From Octopus sinensis (taxonomy: Eukaryota), in NCBI RefSeq assembly GCF_006345805.1, contig NC_043005.1:86242001-86306000 (forward strand): 64,000 nt of DNA, written 5' to 3'. Shown piece by piece: positions 1 to 13,925 of the stretch (positions within the stretch are counted from its first letter, which is position 1; each line of letters starts with the position of its first letter). Under the pieces are notes generated by a model. That model worked only from the letters and a program-made list of their open reading frames with translations, was not told where the DNA came from and searched no databases. Made by a program: the position numbers and the translations under genes.

Positions 1-292
1 GGGATGCCAGTTCGTCGTAGGGTTACTCATTTAGAGCTGATTTGAAAGGATCATCGTGAAATGAAATGATTTAACTCAAGAAAAGTAAGATCCATTCGAT
101 CCAGGTATCGATGCACGACCTTGTGATCGTTGGAGCAACAGTCTAAGCACATGTCCACGCAGCTTCGCCCTCAACCCTTGGTTGCACTTGTTGCAATATA
201 AGGAAGAATTATTAAACACTTCAAGAGTAAGTGATGTATTCGAAGTGCATGATCTAATATTACATGCGATTCCCTTACTAATTGCGAACATA

Positions 293-683
293 GGCACAGG
301 CGTCGCTGTGTGGTAAGTAGCTTCCTTACCAACCACATGGTCCAGGGTTCACTCTTACTGCGTGGCACCTTGGGTAGGTGTCTCCTACTATAGCCTCGGG
401 TCGACCGCAGCCTTGTTAGTGGATTTGGTAGACTGAAACTGGAAGAAGCCCGTCGTGTGTGTGTGTATGTTTGTGTGTCTGTGTTTGTCCCTCCCCCCCA
501 ACATCGCTTCACAACCGATGCTTGTGTGTGTACGTCACCGTAACTTAGCGGTTCGGCAAAGAGACCGTTAGAAAAAGTACTAGGCTTACAACAAATAAGT
601 TCGGGGGACGATTTGTTCGACTACAAGGAGTGCTCTAGCATGGCCGCAGTCAATTGATTGAAACAAATAAAAGAATAAAAGAG
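293..683 (+). mobile_element. tRNA-derived SINE, family A (CORE-like box, internal microsatellite)
   Basis: Head GTGTGGTAAGTAGC, box GGCACCTTGGG(C/T)A(A/G)GTGTC, internal (TG)n and 3' body recur in copies at 13468, 17922 and 46612. Confidence 0.85.
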
Positions 684-740
684 TAGAAGAGAATATTACT
701 GTTACCCCAAATAATATACACACACGCACACACACCCATA

Positions 741-1010
741 CGAGGTGTTATAAAAAATTCCCAGACTAATTATTTACCGAAGCTTTAGTATGATCTTCTT
801 CGATGTAGTCACCTTGCGCAGCACTGCACCGGTCCCAGCATTCCTGCCGGTTCAGGAATCCGGCCTGAAATCTCGGTAACGATGACGTTTTAGCAGCCTT
901 TCCGTCTCGAGAAAGAGACGGAAGCCAGTATCTACTAAATTTATCGAATAGTGTGTGGGTCAGAGGCAAAACCATGTCGTTTTTGCCATGAAACTCCCGA
1001 GTGAGAAGAA
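741..1010 (-). mobile_element. mariner transposon 3' remnant (TIR plus degenerate C-terminal transposase)
   Basis: TA|CGAGGTGTTATAAAAAATTCC TIR at 741. Minus strand gives TREFHGKNDMVLP, HYSINL (YSPDL-like) and CWDRCSAAQGDYIEED across frameshifts. Confidence 0.75.
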
Positions 1011-1014
1011 CTTA

Positions 1015-1653
1015 ATGACATGGTAAATAGTTGTTGTGAAGAAACATTAATGTTGTAGAAATAGCAGTCCATGAAATGAGAATTCGGCTCTCTCCATATC
1101 ATAAGTACTGCAAACGGCATTGCTCTCTTCCCCATATTTAGCAAATCCCTTAGTCCATTTGAACAAGCTGAGCAGATGATGTGCAGGGCCCAACTCTTAC
1201 CTTGATCCCCGAGATAGCAGTCAAATTATAACTGGTAGGTCTAGTTGATTTCGCTTGTGATGGCACGTTGCTGAGCTTTGGTGTTAAATGAAACACAGAC
1301 ATGACAAAATATATCAGGAACTGTTCTTGGAATGCCTTGACATCCTGAGTAGAATTTGATGATGATGATGACTTGGCACCTTAAACAGAAAGTAAAATTT
1401 ATGAAAAGAAAATATTATGAAAACATAAAATTACAAAATGAATACAAATAGTTATCAAACAGAAGTCAGAATTTACCTGTATAAGATGTTTACATGTAGA
1501 GATACTGCTGATGGGAGTTATATACCTCTCTGATCTCATCACAAAACACTGTACCTGATAGAAGGAAACTGATTACATTATTGAAATCTGCGGACAAATC
1601 TACATATAAAACACCATATAATATCCCTGATGAAAATTGGCTGTTGACCAGTG
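1015..1653 (-). mobile_element. Chapaev3-like (CMC) DNA transposon 5' remnant
   Basis: From ATG 1343, with stops and a frameshift: PDIFCHVC...DCYLGDQGKSWALHIICSAC...NMGKRAMPFAVLMIWREP...DCYF. Terminus CACTG at 1653. Family assignment from memory of the motifs. Confidence 0.6.
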
Positions 1654-1693
1654 TAATGAATAATATTGACATAAATTGCTTAACAATTTTAGT

Positions 1694-2085
1694 GCGGAGG
1701 CGAAATAGCCCGGTAGTTAGAGCAGCGGACTCGCGGTTGTAGGATAGCAGTTTCGTTTTCCAGAGCGAGCATTGTGAATATTTATTGAGCGTAAATACCT
1801 AAAGCTCCAAGACGCTCCGGCAGAGGGTGTTGGCGAACCCTCCTGTACTCTTTCACCACAAATTTCTCTCACACTTTCTTCCTGTTTCTGTTGTACATGT
1901 ATTTCAAGGGGCCAGTCGTGTCCCAGTTTGCGTGACGCTGAATCTCCCTGAGAACTACGTTAAGGCTACGCGTGTCTGTGGATTGCTCAGCCACTTGCAC
2001 GTTAATTTCACGAGCAGGTCATTCCGTTGATTGGATCAACTGGAACACTCGTCGTGACCGACGGAGTGCCACGACGGAGCACCCC
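1694..2085 (+). mobile_element. tRNA-derived SINE, family B
   Basis: tRNA-like head (TAGCCCGGTAGTTAG...GTTTCGTTTTCC); body shared with 8071-8438, 19170-19540 and 52520-52860. Confidence 0.85.
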
Positions 2086-2250
2086 TTCCAAATCTTGAAA
2101 ATTTGCCTTGCAACGAAAGCCCGATTTGATTATTATTTTTTCTTTTTTAATTTTCCATACACCCATTTTATCACAGAAGGTATTGATGATTATCGTGCAA
2201 TTATATATGTGTGTTAGTGTATGTGTTTATGTATGTCTACATATACATAT

Positions 2251-2304
<54 letters not shown>

Positions 2305-2394
2305 TGTATAGAATATGACTGAGATTCAGTTGAATTAGGTACTTAAATTGAGACACCTTGCTACTTCGGTATAATCTGCACACCTCAACAATAT

Positions 2395-2458
<64 letters not shown>

Positions 2459-3493
2459 ATATGTATATGCAGTCACACACCCGCACACACACACACGCAT
2501 ATTATAGGCATTTATAAGGAAATTCATAGCCCTACACACAGAGTGATTTATAAACATACGCACAAGGAAACAGTGGCAAAAGTACGCAAATACCTACACA
2601 CTCTGTGTGTATGTGTGTGAGTGTGTGTGTTTGTGTGTTTGTGTATTTGTGTTTAATGCGTTCGTGCGCGTTTGTACGTGTGTATTCCAATATCCTCTTT
2701 AATGGCAGCAGAGATTTTGCGGTGGAAGTAAACAATCAGAAATATAAAAATAATTTAGAATGATCAGTAATGAATGAGAATGTACATACGATCCTATTAA
2801 TTACATGCCAGCGAGTTTCTTCACGATCAATGAGTGGACGTTAACAATATTTCATGTAGAAAACAATAATACAATATTATAGATTAATAAGATAATAAGA
2901 GAAAGTGTAGCAAGCCCTCAGATTTATGATTTATCAAACTCATATAGATTTAATTATCAACGGGTCAGTGAAGTTAACTGTGAAAATATATTGTTCAATA
3001 GAAACAACTCGAAATGTTTATGCAATTAATGTATATTTTGATTGAGGTTTTAGAGAGTGTTTCACCACCAATGTAATAACTCGTAGGAGGTAACTCCATA
3101 CCGTTTCCAACAACGCTTATGCTTAGATCGGAGGTGCAGCTAATTGACATTTTATATTTCGTTGTTCCTAATAGTTTCGTTCACATGAAGCCTACGTGTT
3201 TGCCATTGCGTGCGAACCTACGACAATACCATTTTTATAATAGAATTTGCTGGTACAAATCTAGGATTTCCGCAGCTTGTCTTGGAAACAAACCATTCAC
3301 ATTTTTTCTGTCAAAAAACGAAAGCAAAGTGTTATATTTTTCCTAGTTTATTACATTATACATGCTAGTTACATTAGTTTATTTTCGCCAGTTAAAAGTC
3401 GTAAACGAATTGCAATTGATGCAAATTTTTGCCCCACGATATTCGCAAATCTCTACTCTGTAAAAGTCATATAGAAATATAACCGCCATCGAG

Positions 3494-3815
3494 CGTGGCC
3501 ATGTGGTAAGTTGCTCGTTTACTATATGTGTGTATGTCAGTGTGTGTTTGTGTGTGCGTGTGTTTGCGCGTGTTTGTAATGTCTATCTGTGTGCAAGAGT
3601 GTGCGCGTGCAGTTGTCTGTGTTTGTCCCCCACCACTGGTAGACTACCGGTGTTGTGTGCGTTCATCACGTCCCCGTTATCTGGTGATTTAGCAAAAACA
3701 GACCAATCGAATAAGTAATAGTCTTTACTATATAAATCCTGGGGTCTATTCATTCATCTGTAAATTCTTCAAGCGGGTGCTCCAGCCTGACCACAGTCTA
3801 ATGAAAGAAACAAAT
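3494..3815 (+). mobile_element. degenerate SINE family A copy
   Basis: Head GTGGCCATGTGGTAAG, (TG)n-rich middle, diverged 3' body ending GCGGGTGCTCCAGC...GAAACA. Confidence 0.65.
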
Positions 3816-4147
3816 AAAAAAAATCTATAAATACTGATTATATGACGAAAACTAAACGAAACCACGGTAGAAGTTGTAAGCAGAAACCCGCTAGATGCAT
3901 TTTAATCACACTGCCGTCGGTCCGCAGGGATTTATAAACCAAGTCTATGTGTGATTACTTCCGATTCTTGTCCCTTTGATATCTGTAAGAATCGCCGAAT
4001 CCAATTTTGAGCCTGCGCAAATTAATGTCTGTGTGAGAACGTGGAAATGTAATGGTCATATCATCCCTATGCGGTAATGTCGACTTCGCTACTATAGACA
4101 TGACACGAAATGAAATCAAACAAGAAAAACGAAGTTGAAGACGAACA

Positions 4148-4148
<1 letters not shown>

Positions 4149-4187
<39 letters not shown>

Positions 4188-4425
4188 TAATAATAATAAT
4201 GATAATAATAATTACAATAATAATAATAGTAATAATAGTAATAATAATAGTAATAATAATAATAATAATATAATAATAATAATAATGATAATAATAATAA
4301 TAATAATATATAATAATAATAATAATAATGATAATAATAATTACAATAATAATAATAGTAATAATAGTAATAATAATAGTAATAATAATAATAATAATAA
4401 TGATATACTAACAATAATAATAATG

Positions 4426-4477
<52 letters not shown>

Positions 4478-4525
4478 CAAAAACAATAGCAACGTCAACA
4501 AGAACAACATCCACAAAGATGATGG

Positions 4526-4557
<32 letters not shown>

Positions 4558-4638
4558 ATGATGAAGATGATAATAACAACTACAACGACGACAACAACAA
4601 CAACAATAATAATAATAACAATAATAATAATAACAATG

Positions 4639-4687
<49 letters not shown>

Positions 4688-4705
4688 TAATAATAATAGC
4701 AATAG
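4149..4705. repeat. compound (AAT)n/(GAT)n/(AAC)n microsatellite
   Basis: Direct inspection; it explains the poly-I/Y/L/N ORFs at 4067-4934. Confidence 0.95.
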
Positions 4706-5228
4706 CAGGACGTGTCTCAAATCCCAGATGAAATAATTCCGTCGAAAGTTGAGTTGGCAGCGAAAAATTAACCGATATTTGTCGTGCAATTTGTAAGAAT
4801 CCTTTTGCTTCATTGTGATTTTGCTTGATTCCTTCTTTTACCGACGATACACGCGTATTTGGAAGTATGCGAAACGTATGTACGAACGCTTGCGAGTATG
4901 TATAACGGTCATAGTATGTATGCATGTATTTCAAAATGTTTGTGTATGTATGTGTATATGTCTGTGTATGTGTGTGTATATGTCTCTGTGTGTACCTGTG
5001 TATGTGTATGTGTTTGTGTGTGTGTGAGTGTGTTTTTATTAGTAGCGGTCTCTTTTATTTATGGTTAGTGTCTGATTAAATATTCCGGGTGTGTGTTTGT
5101 GTGCGGCCTACTTCGTGTGACACAGAAGTAGGTATGTGATATGCAATATGTGGATAGTGTTGTTGAAACTGGTTTAAGATCACAAAATAAAAACAAAAGC
5201 ACAGAACCATATACATATATATATGCAT

Positions 5229-5304
<76 letters not shown>

Positions 5305-5562
5305 GAACACAACAAGACAGATATCATTCACTCTCAATTCTTTCCTGGCATCTTAATTTACTTAAATTGTTGGAAACTTTCAATAAAATGGTGTAGAAAT
5401 TCTTTTGAAATAAACTAATAAAACATCACAGAAACAATGGTACGACATTAGTTTTAAGTAGATGTTATTAGTTTATCTCAGTATGTGTGTGTGTGTAGCA
5501 GTAGTAGTATGTATTTATATATACACACATAAAAGCACTCATACAAATGTACATAAACATGC

Positions 5563-5595
<33 letters not shown>

Positions 5596-5626
5596 TATAT
5601 CTTTATATATATATATATATGCATAT

Positions 5627-5663
<37 letters not shown>

Positions 5664-6559
5664 GTTTGCTCAGATGCAGATACATACATATATGCGAACA
5701 CAGATTCACAGACACATTCACACAGCACACAAATACATATAAATTTATATATGTGTAGGTGTGTGTGTGTGTTAATGGTATAATTCAAACTTTCATTACT
5801 ACAATTTTAACAGGCGTCTTGACGTTTTGATGCAATACCATTGATTGGTATAGCAGCCAACAAAGTTCTTCTGTAATTAGACATAATTTCTTCTGTGAAT
5901 ACATGCATAAAATTAAGTTTAGCTTGAGTTAAAAAGAGATCATTTCCAACATCGCATGCCACCACATGGAACAGTCTAACACAAACAACTGCCAGAATTA
6001 TTCTTTGGTCTCTCCATTATAGCAATCTATTGGTAGACTCATCATGTTGACAAAATAATTAGATAAGCATTGTTTGTAGTAATTTCAATGGAAGGAGCAT
6101 GAACCATTTGGACACTTTTAGATGTAGAGATGAGATGTCCCCTGTTTCATTTGGAAGCCTCAGAAAAGTGAAATGAGCTGCTCTCATACGTTTCTGGTTA
6201 CACAATCCTAACACAGATTTCAGACTTGTTCCTTAAAAAAAGGGTCTTATATTTAAACACTCTGGTACGCCCTTTAACAAGTAATCAGAATTTCCATATA
6301 GCTACGATCGACGGAGTTCTCTATTGCCTAATTTTATGGTAGCATTTGTAAACGTCTTTCTCCCGAATTTGAAGGAAAACTTACGAAACGTAGATGAAAT
6401 CTAATAACATATTTGTGATCCCTGAAGTTACCCTCTAATTTTCGCTACTAATCGGCTAAATTTCTCACGAAATCAATATATACGATACTTAATCTGTTGA
6501 CTCAGAGTTGTGCCCATGCTAGAAATCACCCAGTGGCCGCTGTAGCTTCTTACAGCCAT

Positions 6560-7060
6560 TGAAATACACAAACTAGCCAGTAAAACAAAGTACCGGATTT
6601 GGCAGCATATAAAACGATTTTTCCAGAAAAGATATCTGAAAAGACTCTGTCACGTCCAACCTTCTATGTCCAACCTTCTCTGCTAGTTCCTCAAAAGTTG
6701 CGATGGGATTTTGTCCCACCATGTTTTGCAGAACGATCTCGTCGAGCTTATCTTCTAGGCTGTAGTTTTCTGGAACCACCGTTGAGACTGGCTTATGCTT
6801 ATTGTCCAATCCCCGTATACTGCATTAATATTCCTCGCACTTTCCATTGCGTTGTTGAATTTATTGAACTCATTAAGCAAAATATGCCTAATATGTCTCT
6901 TTGTCACTTCCATTATACAAAATGACTTTAAATCGAAACAGGAACTAATAACAAGAAGAAGGTAAAATCACTAGCTGCTTTTATAGCAAGTTGATCTCGC
7001 GCCCCTCCGACGTTTAGTTCATGCAATTTCAGAAACCGCATTATTTATGAGATAACCCAA
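6560..7060 (-). mobile_element. mariner (Hsmar1/cecropia-like) 5' remnant
   Basis: TIR TA|TTGGGTTATCTCATAAATAATGCGGTTTC at 7060. ATG 6913 gives MEVTKRHIRHILLNEFNK...ARNINAVYGD...QRWFQK, then a second-HTH-like segment LQNMVGQNPIATFEELAEKVG; frameshifted. Confidence 0.8.
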
Positions 7061-8019
7061 TACAGTACAAATATTTCATCACTATAAGTGAAACTTCTGT
7101 GCTTGTTGTTTAGCAAGTAATTTGCCTGACTCACATCTCCCGTTTGCAACAAATAAGCGTTCTGCAAAAAATAGAACCTTTTCCTTTCCTGAGAGCAGAA
7201 ATCCTTCAGTTACTCGTTGTTATCATCAATTCGACACAGGGAATATTTTCCCTTTTAACACTAATTTTAAAGCCTAATTTTCAACTTAAATATTATCAGC
7301 TTCGTTTTGGCGGTCTTCTGGAAGATTCGGTATACTGTTGTATTTTGACTCCCCAAACAAACTTCGCTGCACTTTATTTTGTTTACTAAGATGTCAACAA
7401 AAACAACCACAAGTCTGTCTGAAACGGCAAATTTGTAAATCCACCTTCGTAACACTCGGCCACACGCCAGCGGATTAGAGAGCTCACTACTTACTTATGT
7501 AAGCAGTAGTTACATCAAATTCCTACAGGATATGTATGAAATATTTCTTTAATGATTCTTAGAATACGGCAGAGAATTATCATGTCTTGGCTAGATTACC
7601 TTTCGTTTCATAAATATTCTTTTATTCATAAACTTGCTTCCATCATTGAGCTGCGGTCATGTTGTGGCACCGTCTTCGTATATTTCGTCGATGAAATCAC
7701 AATTCCAGTAATTAAATTAATTTTCTCAATTTGTCTCTCCCTAATTGCCGAACTGCTAAGTTACGGATCAAAAACAAACCAGCATCGGTTTTTCAAGTGA
7801 TGTAAACCAAGAGAAAAAATGCAGGTGCACATGCACCGTAGACACTAAATAGACAAACACATCCAAAACCACATATAAATACACCGATGACGATACTTCA
7901 TGACACATGTATACACTACGTACACATGTAGGAATGTGAGTACATGGATTTATCAATGGCTGCCTATATGTATGTATACCTCTGGAGCAGGAGCAGCACT
8001 ATCAGCACCAGAGGTAGTA

Positions 8020-8026
8020 TTAGTAT

Positions 8027-8069
<43 letters not shown>

Positions 8070-8438
8070 TCACATCGTGGCACTCCGTCAGTTACGACGG
8101 CAAGGGTTCCAGTTGATCCGATCAACGGAACAGCCTGCTTGTGAAATTAACGTGCACTTCCCAAACACGTGTACTATGTACTAATAACGTAATTCTCCGA
8201 GGAGTTTCAGCGTGACACAGCGTGACACAGCGTGTAAAAATACAGGTACAACAGAAACGGGCAGAAAGAGTGAGAGAAAGTTGTGGTGAAAGAATACAGT
8301 AGGGTCCCCCCCCACTGCCGGAGCCTTCTGGAACTTTAGGTATTCTCGCTCAATAAACACAACGCCCGGTCAGGGAAACGAAACTGCGACCATACAACTG
8401 CGCGTCCGCTGCCCTAACCACGGGGCCATTGTGCCTCC
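8020..8438 (-). mobile_element. SINE family B with (CTA)n tail
   Basis: Reverse complement of the family B head at 8370-8438; (TAG)n at 8020-8070. Confidence 0.8.
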
Positions 8439-9039
8439 ACAAGTAGTTCACATATTCACCGTTTAATTCTGAGGAGGCAGACGGAATATATTACACTCCG
8501 AGTTCTCCATAATTTGGATATCACTGAAAAGGTATGATGAAAAGTGATTAGAGTCGTGATATTAAGGTGTGATGCACGTAACCCTTTTTTACATTTACTC
8601 AAGTCGGATCTGCATGACCTTTGAATTTGAATGGTAATCCAGATACTGGGGTGAGGACGGATGTAAATGGAATTGTTGTCAGTCGATCAGATAGGCACGC
8701 CTCAAGTCAGTGAGGAGTGGGGTGCTCTGTAAAGCCCGAGCGGAAGGGGCGAAATCTGTGCCCATTTTCTGCTGATGCCCTCCTGAAACTTACTGGCGTG
8801 CGCTATTCGGTGCTTTCGATTAATAACACTTGCACAGGCAAGCAGTTTGCAAGTCTCACTTAATGTGTGTTTCTTAAATTTTGTGGACTCCCACAGCCAT
8901 TTGATGTTTATAAACTAGTTTTATAGACGCTTCTTCCAAAATTCCTCTTTTGTTTTCCCCAGATAAACTTGTGTGGGTTGAACTATGTAAAACGCGAGAG
9001 AAAGAAACCTCTATAACAAAATATTTTCATCAACCCTTA

Positions 9040-9172
9040 AACTACTATTGTAGATCGTCAATTTACGGTTTTCTATGCGTTAACCCCAAAAACCTTATAT
9101 GGAACCTCAAGGGTCCTATGGAAACCTGGGGATCCTATGGACCCCGGCTGAGAACCACAGCACTAAATAATA
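9040..9172. mobile_element. hAT-like non-autonomous element end
   Basis: GGACCCCGGCTGAGAACCACAGCACTA resembles Charlie-type termini; the other end is not clear. Confidence 0.35.
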
Positions 9173-10366
9173 AACATCTCGGTTTCTGGTTTGTTTCTCT
9201 GTTCTATGATTCGCTGAATATTGTTCACTCATTCTTTTCCCCTTCTCAGCTTGTTGCGTGAATTATTAAACTGTCTAAAAATCAAAGCAAGTTGAAAAAT
9301 AATCACTTTTTCATCGATGTAGAAAAACAGAATGAATTCAGGAAGTCATAAATCACTTTTAAAAAAAATTTATTTATTTATTATTTATTTTTCCCATAAC
9401 GGTTTATAAAATTTCGCTTGATGGAAGTGAAGCGATATAGCAAACAGAAATTTGAAGAAAGCTAAAATATATAAAAAAAGTGAAAATCTATAACAAGAGA
9501 ATCGATTGTGATTACATAAATTGTCAATAGTTTGACTTATTCAATCATTATTTTCAATTGTTATCTTTTTAACAAGTACGTTATGAGCCATATACGTTTA
9601 TGTCTCACTCGAAACGAAAAAGCATAATAAAAATTTAAAAAAAAGATGGCGTCGTATGCCTACAGACATTAGAGAATTATGCCATATCTTAATATTAAAA
9701 TTATAAATACAATAAAATTAATAAAATTAATAAATTTTTTTTAAATAAATGAATCACTGTATGAAAGTTTATTTTCACCATTGACCCAAAATATTAATTT
9801 AAAAATCAGAGATATCGATAAAGCACTTTTATATTATCCTACACAATTGGAAATCTATTGTGTATGTCGCGGTTGGACAAGAAAATAGAGATGGAGACAT
9901 TTACTGCTTGCTATGCACGATTGTTACTAACTTTTCACTTCCTGTTTTTCTGCTTCCCTGTTTCGCATCTCCCTCAACATTATCATCGTTGTCATCGTCG
10001 TCGTTATTATCATGATAATGACGATGAGGAACAGAACGTCATCGTCGTCATCATTGTTTTCAACGTCAATACCTCCACCACGAAGACCATCATCAACGCC
10101 GCCATGATCGCAATTCATTGAAAGCGGTTTAAATGTTGAAGCCATCAAAATTTTGATAAATTACGTACAGAAATTACGTCAGATTATCCAATTGAAAAGC
10201 TGTCAGTTGGAGATGTGTATAGCTGTCAGTCATGTAGCCATCACAAAAGAAATAAAGTTATGTAACAATTAGTAGAATGTATATTATACTTAAAACTGCT
10301 TCAGTTGAAGCATTTCAAAATATGAAGGAAATGATGGAAATATATCAGTATATAAACGATTAGAGC

Positions 10367-10590
10367 AAGGCGCCGAGTTGGCAAAAACGTTAGCACGCCG
10401 AGCGAAGTGCTTAGCAGTGTTTCATCTGTCTTTATGTTCTGAGTTCAAATTCCGCCGAGGTTGACTTCGCCTTTCATCCTTTGAAGGTCGATAAATTGAG
10501 TACCAGTTGCATACTGGGGTCGATATAATCGACTGGCCCCCTCCTTCCTGCAAGCTTTCGGGCCTTGCGTCTAGTGTAGAAAAGAATATA
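10367..10590 (+). mobile_element. SINE family C (older copy)
   Basis: GGCGCCGAGTTGGCA...GAGTTCAAATTCCGCCGAGG...CTTTCATCC...GTCGATAAA; same family as 10668. Confidence 0.8.
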
Positions 10591-10667
10591 GAAGTTTAGA
10601 GCAAGACAAGTCCCAAGGCTTCCTTATCAGAAGGGTAGTCACGATGGATATATTGGGCTTTTATATA

Positions 10668-10900
10668 GGCGAGCTGGCAGAAACGTTAGCACGCCGGGCG
10701 AAATGCTTAGCGGTATTTCGTCTGCCGTTACGTTGTGAGTTCAAATTACGCCGAGGTCGACTTTGCCTTTCATCCTTTCGGCGTCGATAAATTAAGTACC
10801 AGTTACGCACTGATGTCGATGTAATCGACTTAATACCTATGTCTGCCTTTGTTTGTCCCCTCCGTGTTTAGCCCCTTGTGGGTAATAAAGAAATGGGTAT
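10668..10900 (+). mobile_element. SINE family C
   Basis: GGCGAGCTGGCAGAAACGTTAGCACGCC...GTCGACTTTGCCTTTCATCC...AATAAAGAAATGGGTAT; matches 59840-60240. Confidence 0.85.
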
Positions 10901-11509
10901 TTTGGACTTTGTATATTTGTACTCTAGTGTCACATTTTTGGAGTGAGCTACTCTCTCTCTCTTTATATAATACTGCTACTAATAACAACAATGATGGTAA
11001 TGATGACGATCATGATGATAATGGTGAGGGTGATTGTGATTATGATGATAAAACACAAGCACAGGCAAACACATATGTATGTACATACACTTATACACAC
11101 ATACACACACCTATATATACACTTACACACATACATACATATACATATACATTTACACACACACAAACACACATATAATATACATACACATACATATTCA
11201 TATGCACACCTGTATACATATATGTAAAGAGACAGATACACAGACATAGGCGCACACATTCACACACATACGTACGCACGGACAGACACAGAAAGATCTA
11301 TGTATATACATATACTTGCATACACACACATACACACACATACGCTCACGCACACACACATGCACAGAAACACACACAGAATGATTATAACAAATTACTG
11401 CTAGAAATGGTTTCCTGACAGGAAAGCATTGCCGCCATTAATCTTGTTTCAGATTTAAATTATGACTGGGAACAGGAAATAATGGAGCGTGGACTCTTTC
11501 GACTTTGCT

Positions 11510-11915
11510 CTTCTAGAGTTTAACCACTCCTGAACGAGGACTCTTCCATTAGGCCCCTTGAACTGCTGTCTGTTTCTGGCCTGACGTGGCCATGTAGGCC
11601 CCAGGCCGCGGGTAAGATCATCTCGCCAGCCTATGTTTAACCGACATCTTGGTCTTGTCCCTTGTCTTTTGGTTTATCCGTCACCCTGATTGTTTGTCTC
11701 GTACGATGTGGCCAACCCATTTATATATGTCCTCTTCTTATAGTGTCATTGACTCCCGTAAGCTGTTGAATCCAGTCATTGGTTTTTCTTTTGCCCTGCA
11801 ATGTGATGCCGAGTAGGATTCATTCTACTTTCCCTTAGACTACATTGACACAGTGTTGAGAACCTATGTTTCACTGTCGTACCTCATCACAGTCAGGATG
11901 TGCTTCTTGATGATC
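11510..11915 (-). mobile_element. RTE-clade LINE 3' fragment (degenerate RT C-terminus)
   Basis: Minus-strand pieces ILTVMRY.SET, LGITLQG, NDWIQQLTGVND, KWVGHIVR and WRDDLTRGLGPTWPRQARNR fit the RTE C-terminal pattern. Confidence 0.75.
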
Positions 11916-13428
11916 TTTTTTTTCGAAATTTCGTGGAAGCCTTGGGACTTCTCTTGGGTTTGCCACCTTCCGAAAGGTTGCCCAACGTTATAAGAAAGTA
12001 ACGTCTACATTTACTTGGGTATGATGGTGGGGGAAAGGCGGAAATCTCTCGAATAGCAATTGGAGGTTTTGTCTGTATCAAATTCTTTCAGACTTGAATT
12101 GAATGGGAAATAGAAGAACAAAATTATTGAGACTCATAACATTAGCAGCAGATATAGAAACTAGCATTTTATTATAACATCTCCATTATAAACCAGCAAC
12201 GATACCCATACATTGTCACTGGGCTTGCTAGAAATAGATGTCAAATCTGCACAGATTACACTCATTAGCAATGAAATGTGAAATATATATTTCCTCATAT
12301 ATTTGAATATAGGAAATGACAGATAAACATGTCAGATAACTATGACTGTAACACTTTCGATTAGAAATCCGTTTCATCAGGGCTAATTTGTAGTTAATTA
12401 ACGACAACATTTATGGTAGCATTTAGTCCCTTTTGAATTATGAGATCTTATAGAGTTGAAATTTATGACTCACATATTTATGTAGATTGGGTAATCGTAA
12501 ATATATTCATGCAAATATAATCATGTTGAGTGGCATCGCAACATTCGCTGGATTCATTCTGGGTTGCGAGATGCAAAACTAAAATTAAAATGTTTGTTGA
12601 TAATAATTATAAAACGGTGTAATTATATATAACAATTAATTTTAAAATATAAGATTAACGCTGATATGTGTTCATAATTAGAAATCTAATTTGTTATTTA
12701 ATTAAAAGCCAAAATTTTTTATTAGATAGAAATTATGCCTAAATATTGGATTAAAACTAATAAAATTTAGCATTTCTTTACTTTGTTAATTTCGTGATCC
12801 CGCAAGGTAGAAGTGATGGTTAATAGAAGAGACCACCACATCTCAGCTTCAATATTATTCAAATTATCTATCAAACTATAAGCAGTTCATCAGTTTTCAG
12901 TGTGGTCATAGCATTTATACAAAATAGCTTTGCGTTTCTTCCTGGCAGGTTTTAATAAAAAGTCCTGTTATGACGTTCAGAGATGATTTTAACTGAATAT
13001 TATGTTCGTATAAATTGGCCATCCTGCTTGGTTAAGAGGCAGATGTTTCATTGTTCAATGAAAAACAGAATATGAAACGAGTTATAATAAAATTCATTGC
13101 TTTACTTTATCAGTAGCGGCTAATTTTATCTTAGCATACAGTGCCATTACATAATTTCCATTGACGAAGCTCACCAGTAGAAATACATATTTACCACTGC
13201 CACTGCCGCTACTTATATATTTCTGGGTTTATTTCTAAAACTATACATCCATAAAAGATGCTTTCTCGAGACAAATATCGCAGTTTAGCAAATTTTCACG
13301 ATATATTGTCTTCCGCTATGATATTTAGATTACTATTTTGAAGCAACCACAAATTTTTATTCAGCCTGCTCCCTAATTGCGATATCACTGGTTTGTTGAT
13401 CAGTACTCATCATATCAGTAATTGCTAA

Positions 13429-13467
<39 letters not shown>

Positions 13468-13637
13468 AGGCGCAGAAGTGGCTCCGTGGTAAGTAGCTTG
13501 TTTACCAACCACATGGTCCTGGGGTCAGTTCCACTGCGTGGTACCTTGGGTAAGTGTCTTCTACTATAGCCTCGGGTCGATCAAAGACTTGCGAGTGGAT
13601 TTGGTAGACGGAAACTGGAAGAAGTCCGTCATATTTA

Positions 13638-13676
<39 letters not shown>

Positions 13677-13925
13677 GCATACGTACATATATATGCATGT
13701 ATATATATGCATGTGTGTGTATATGTTTGTGTATCTATGCTTGTCCCTCCAACATCGCTTGACACCCGATGCTGACGTGCTTACGTCCCCGTAACTTAGC
13801 GGTTCTGCAAATGTGACCGAGAGAATAAGTACTAAGCTTACAAAGAATAAGCTCTGGAGTCGATGTGCTCCACTAAAGGCGGTGCTCCATCATGGCCGCA
13901 GTCAAATGACTGAAAAAAGTAACAG
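13468..13925 (+). mobile_element. SINE family A
   Basis: Full head, internal (TA)n and 3' body. Confidence 0.85.

Noticed and set aside
1694-1770. tRNA genes at SINE heads (also 19170, 26890, 37617, 63084)
   Set aside because: They have A/B boxes but no complete cloverleaf, and each continues into a SINE body.
4067-5337. Long ORFs with poly-I/Y/L/N or YI/CV runs (also 27177-27754, 46602-47204, 57742-59150)
   Set aside because: They are translations of (AAT)n, (TA)n, (TG)n and (TATC)n microsatellites.
5800-6010. ~70-codon open stretch on the minus strand as a host exon
   Set aside because: No recognisable domain, start codon or convincing splice sites.
12330-12380. CUGAUGA...GAAA on the minus strand
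   Set aside because: No stem I pairing and no palindromic stem III; at most a decayed relic.
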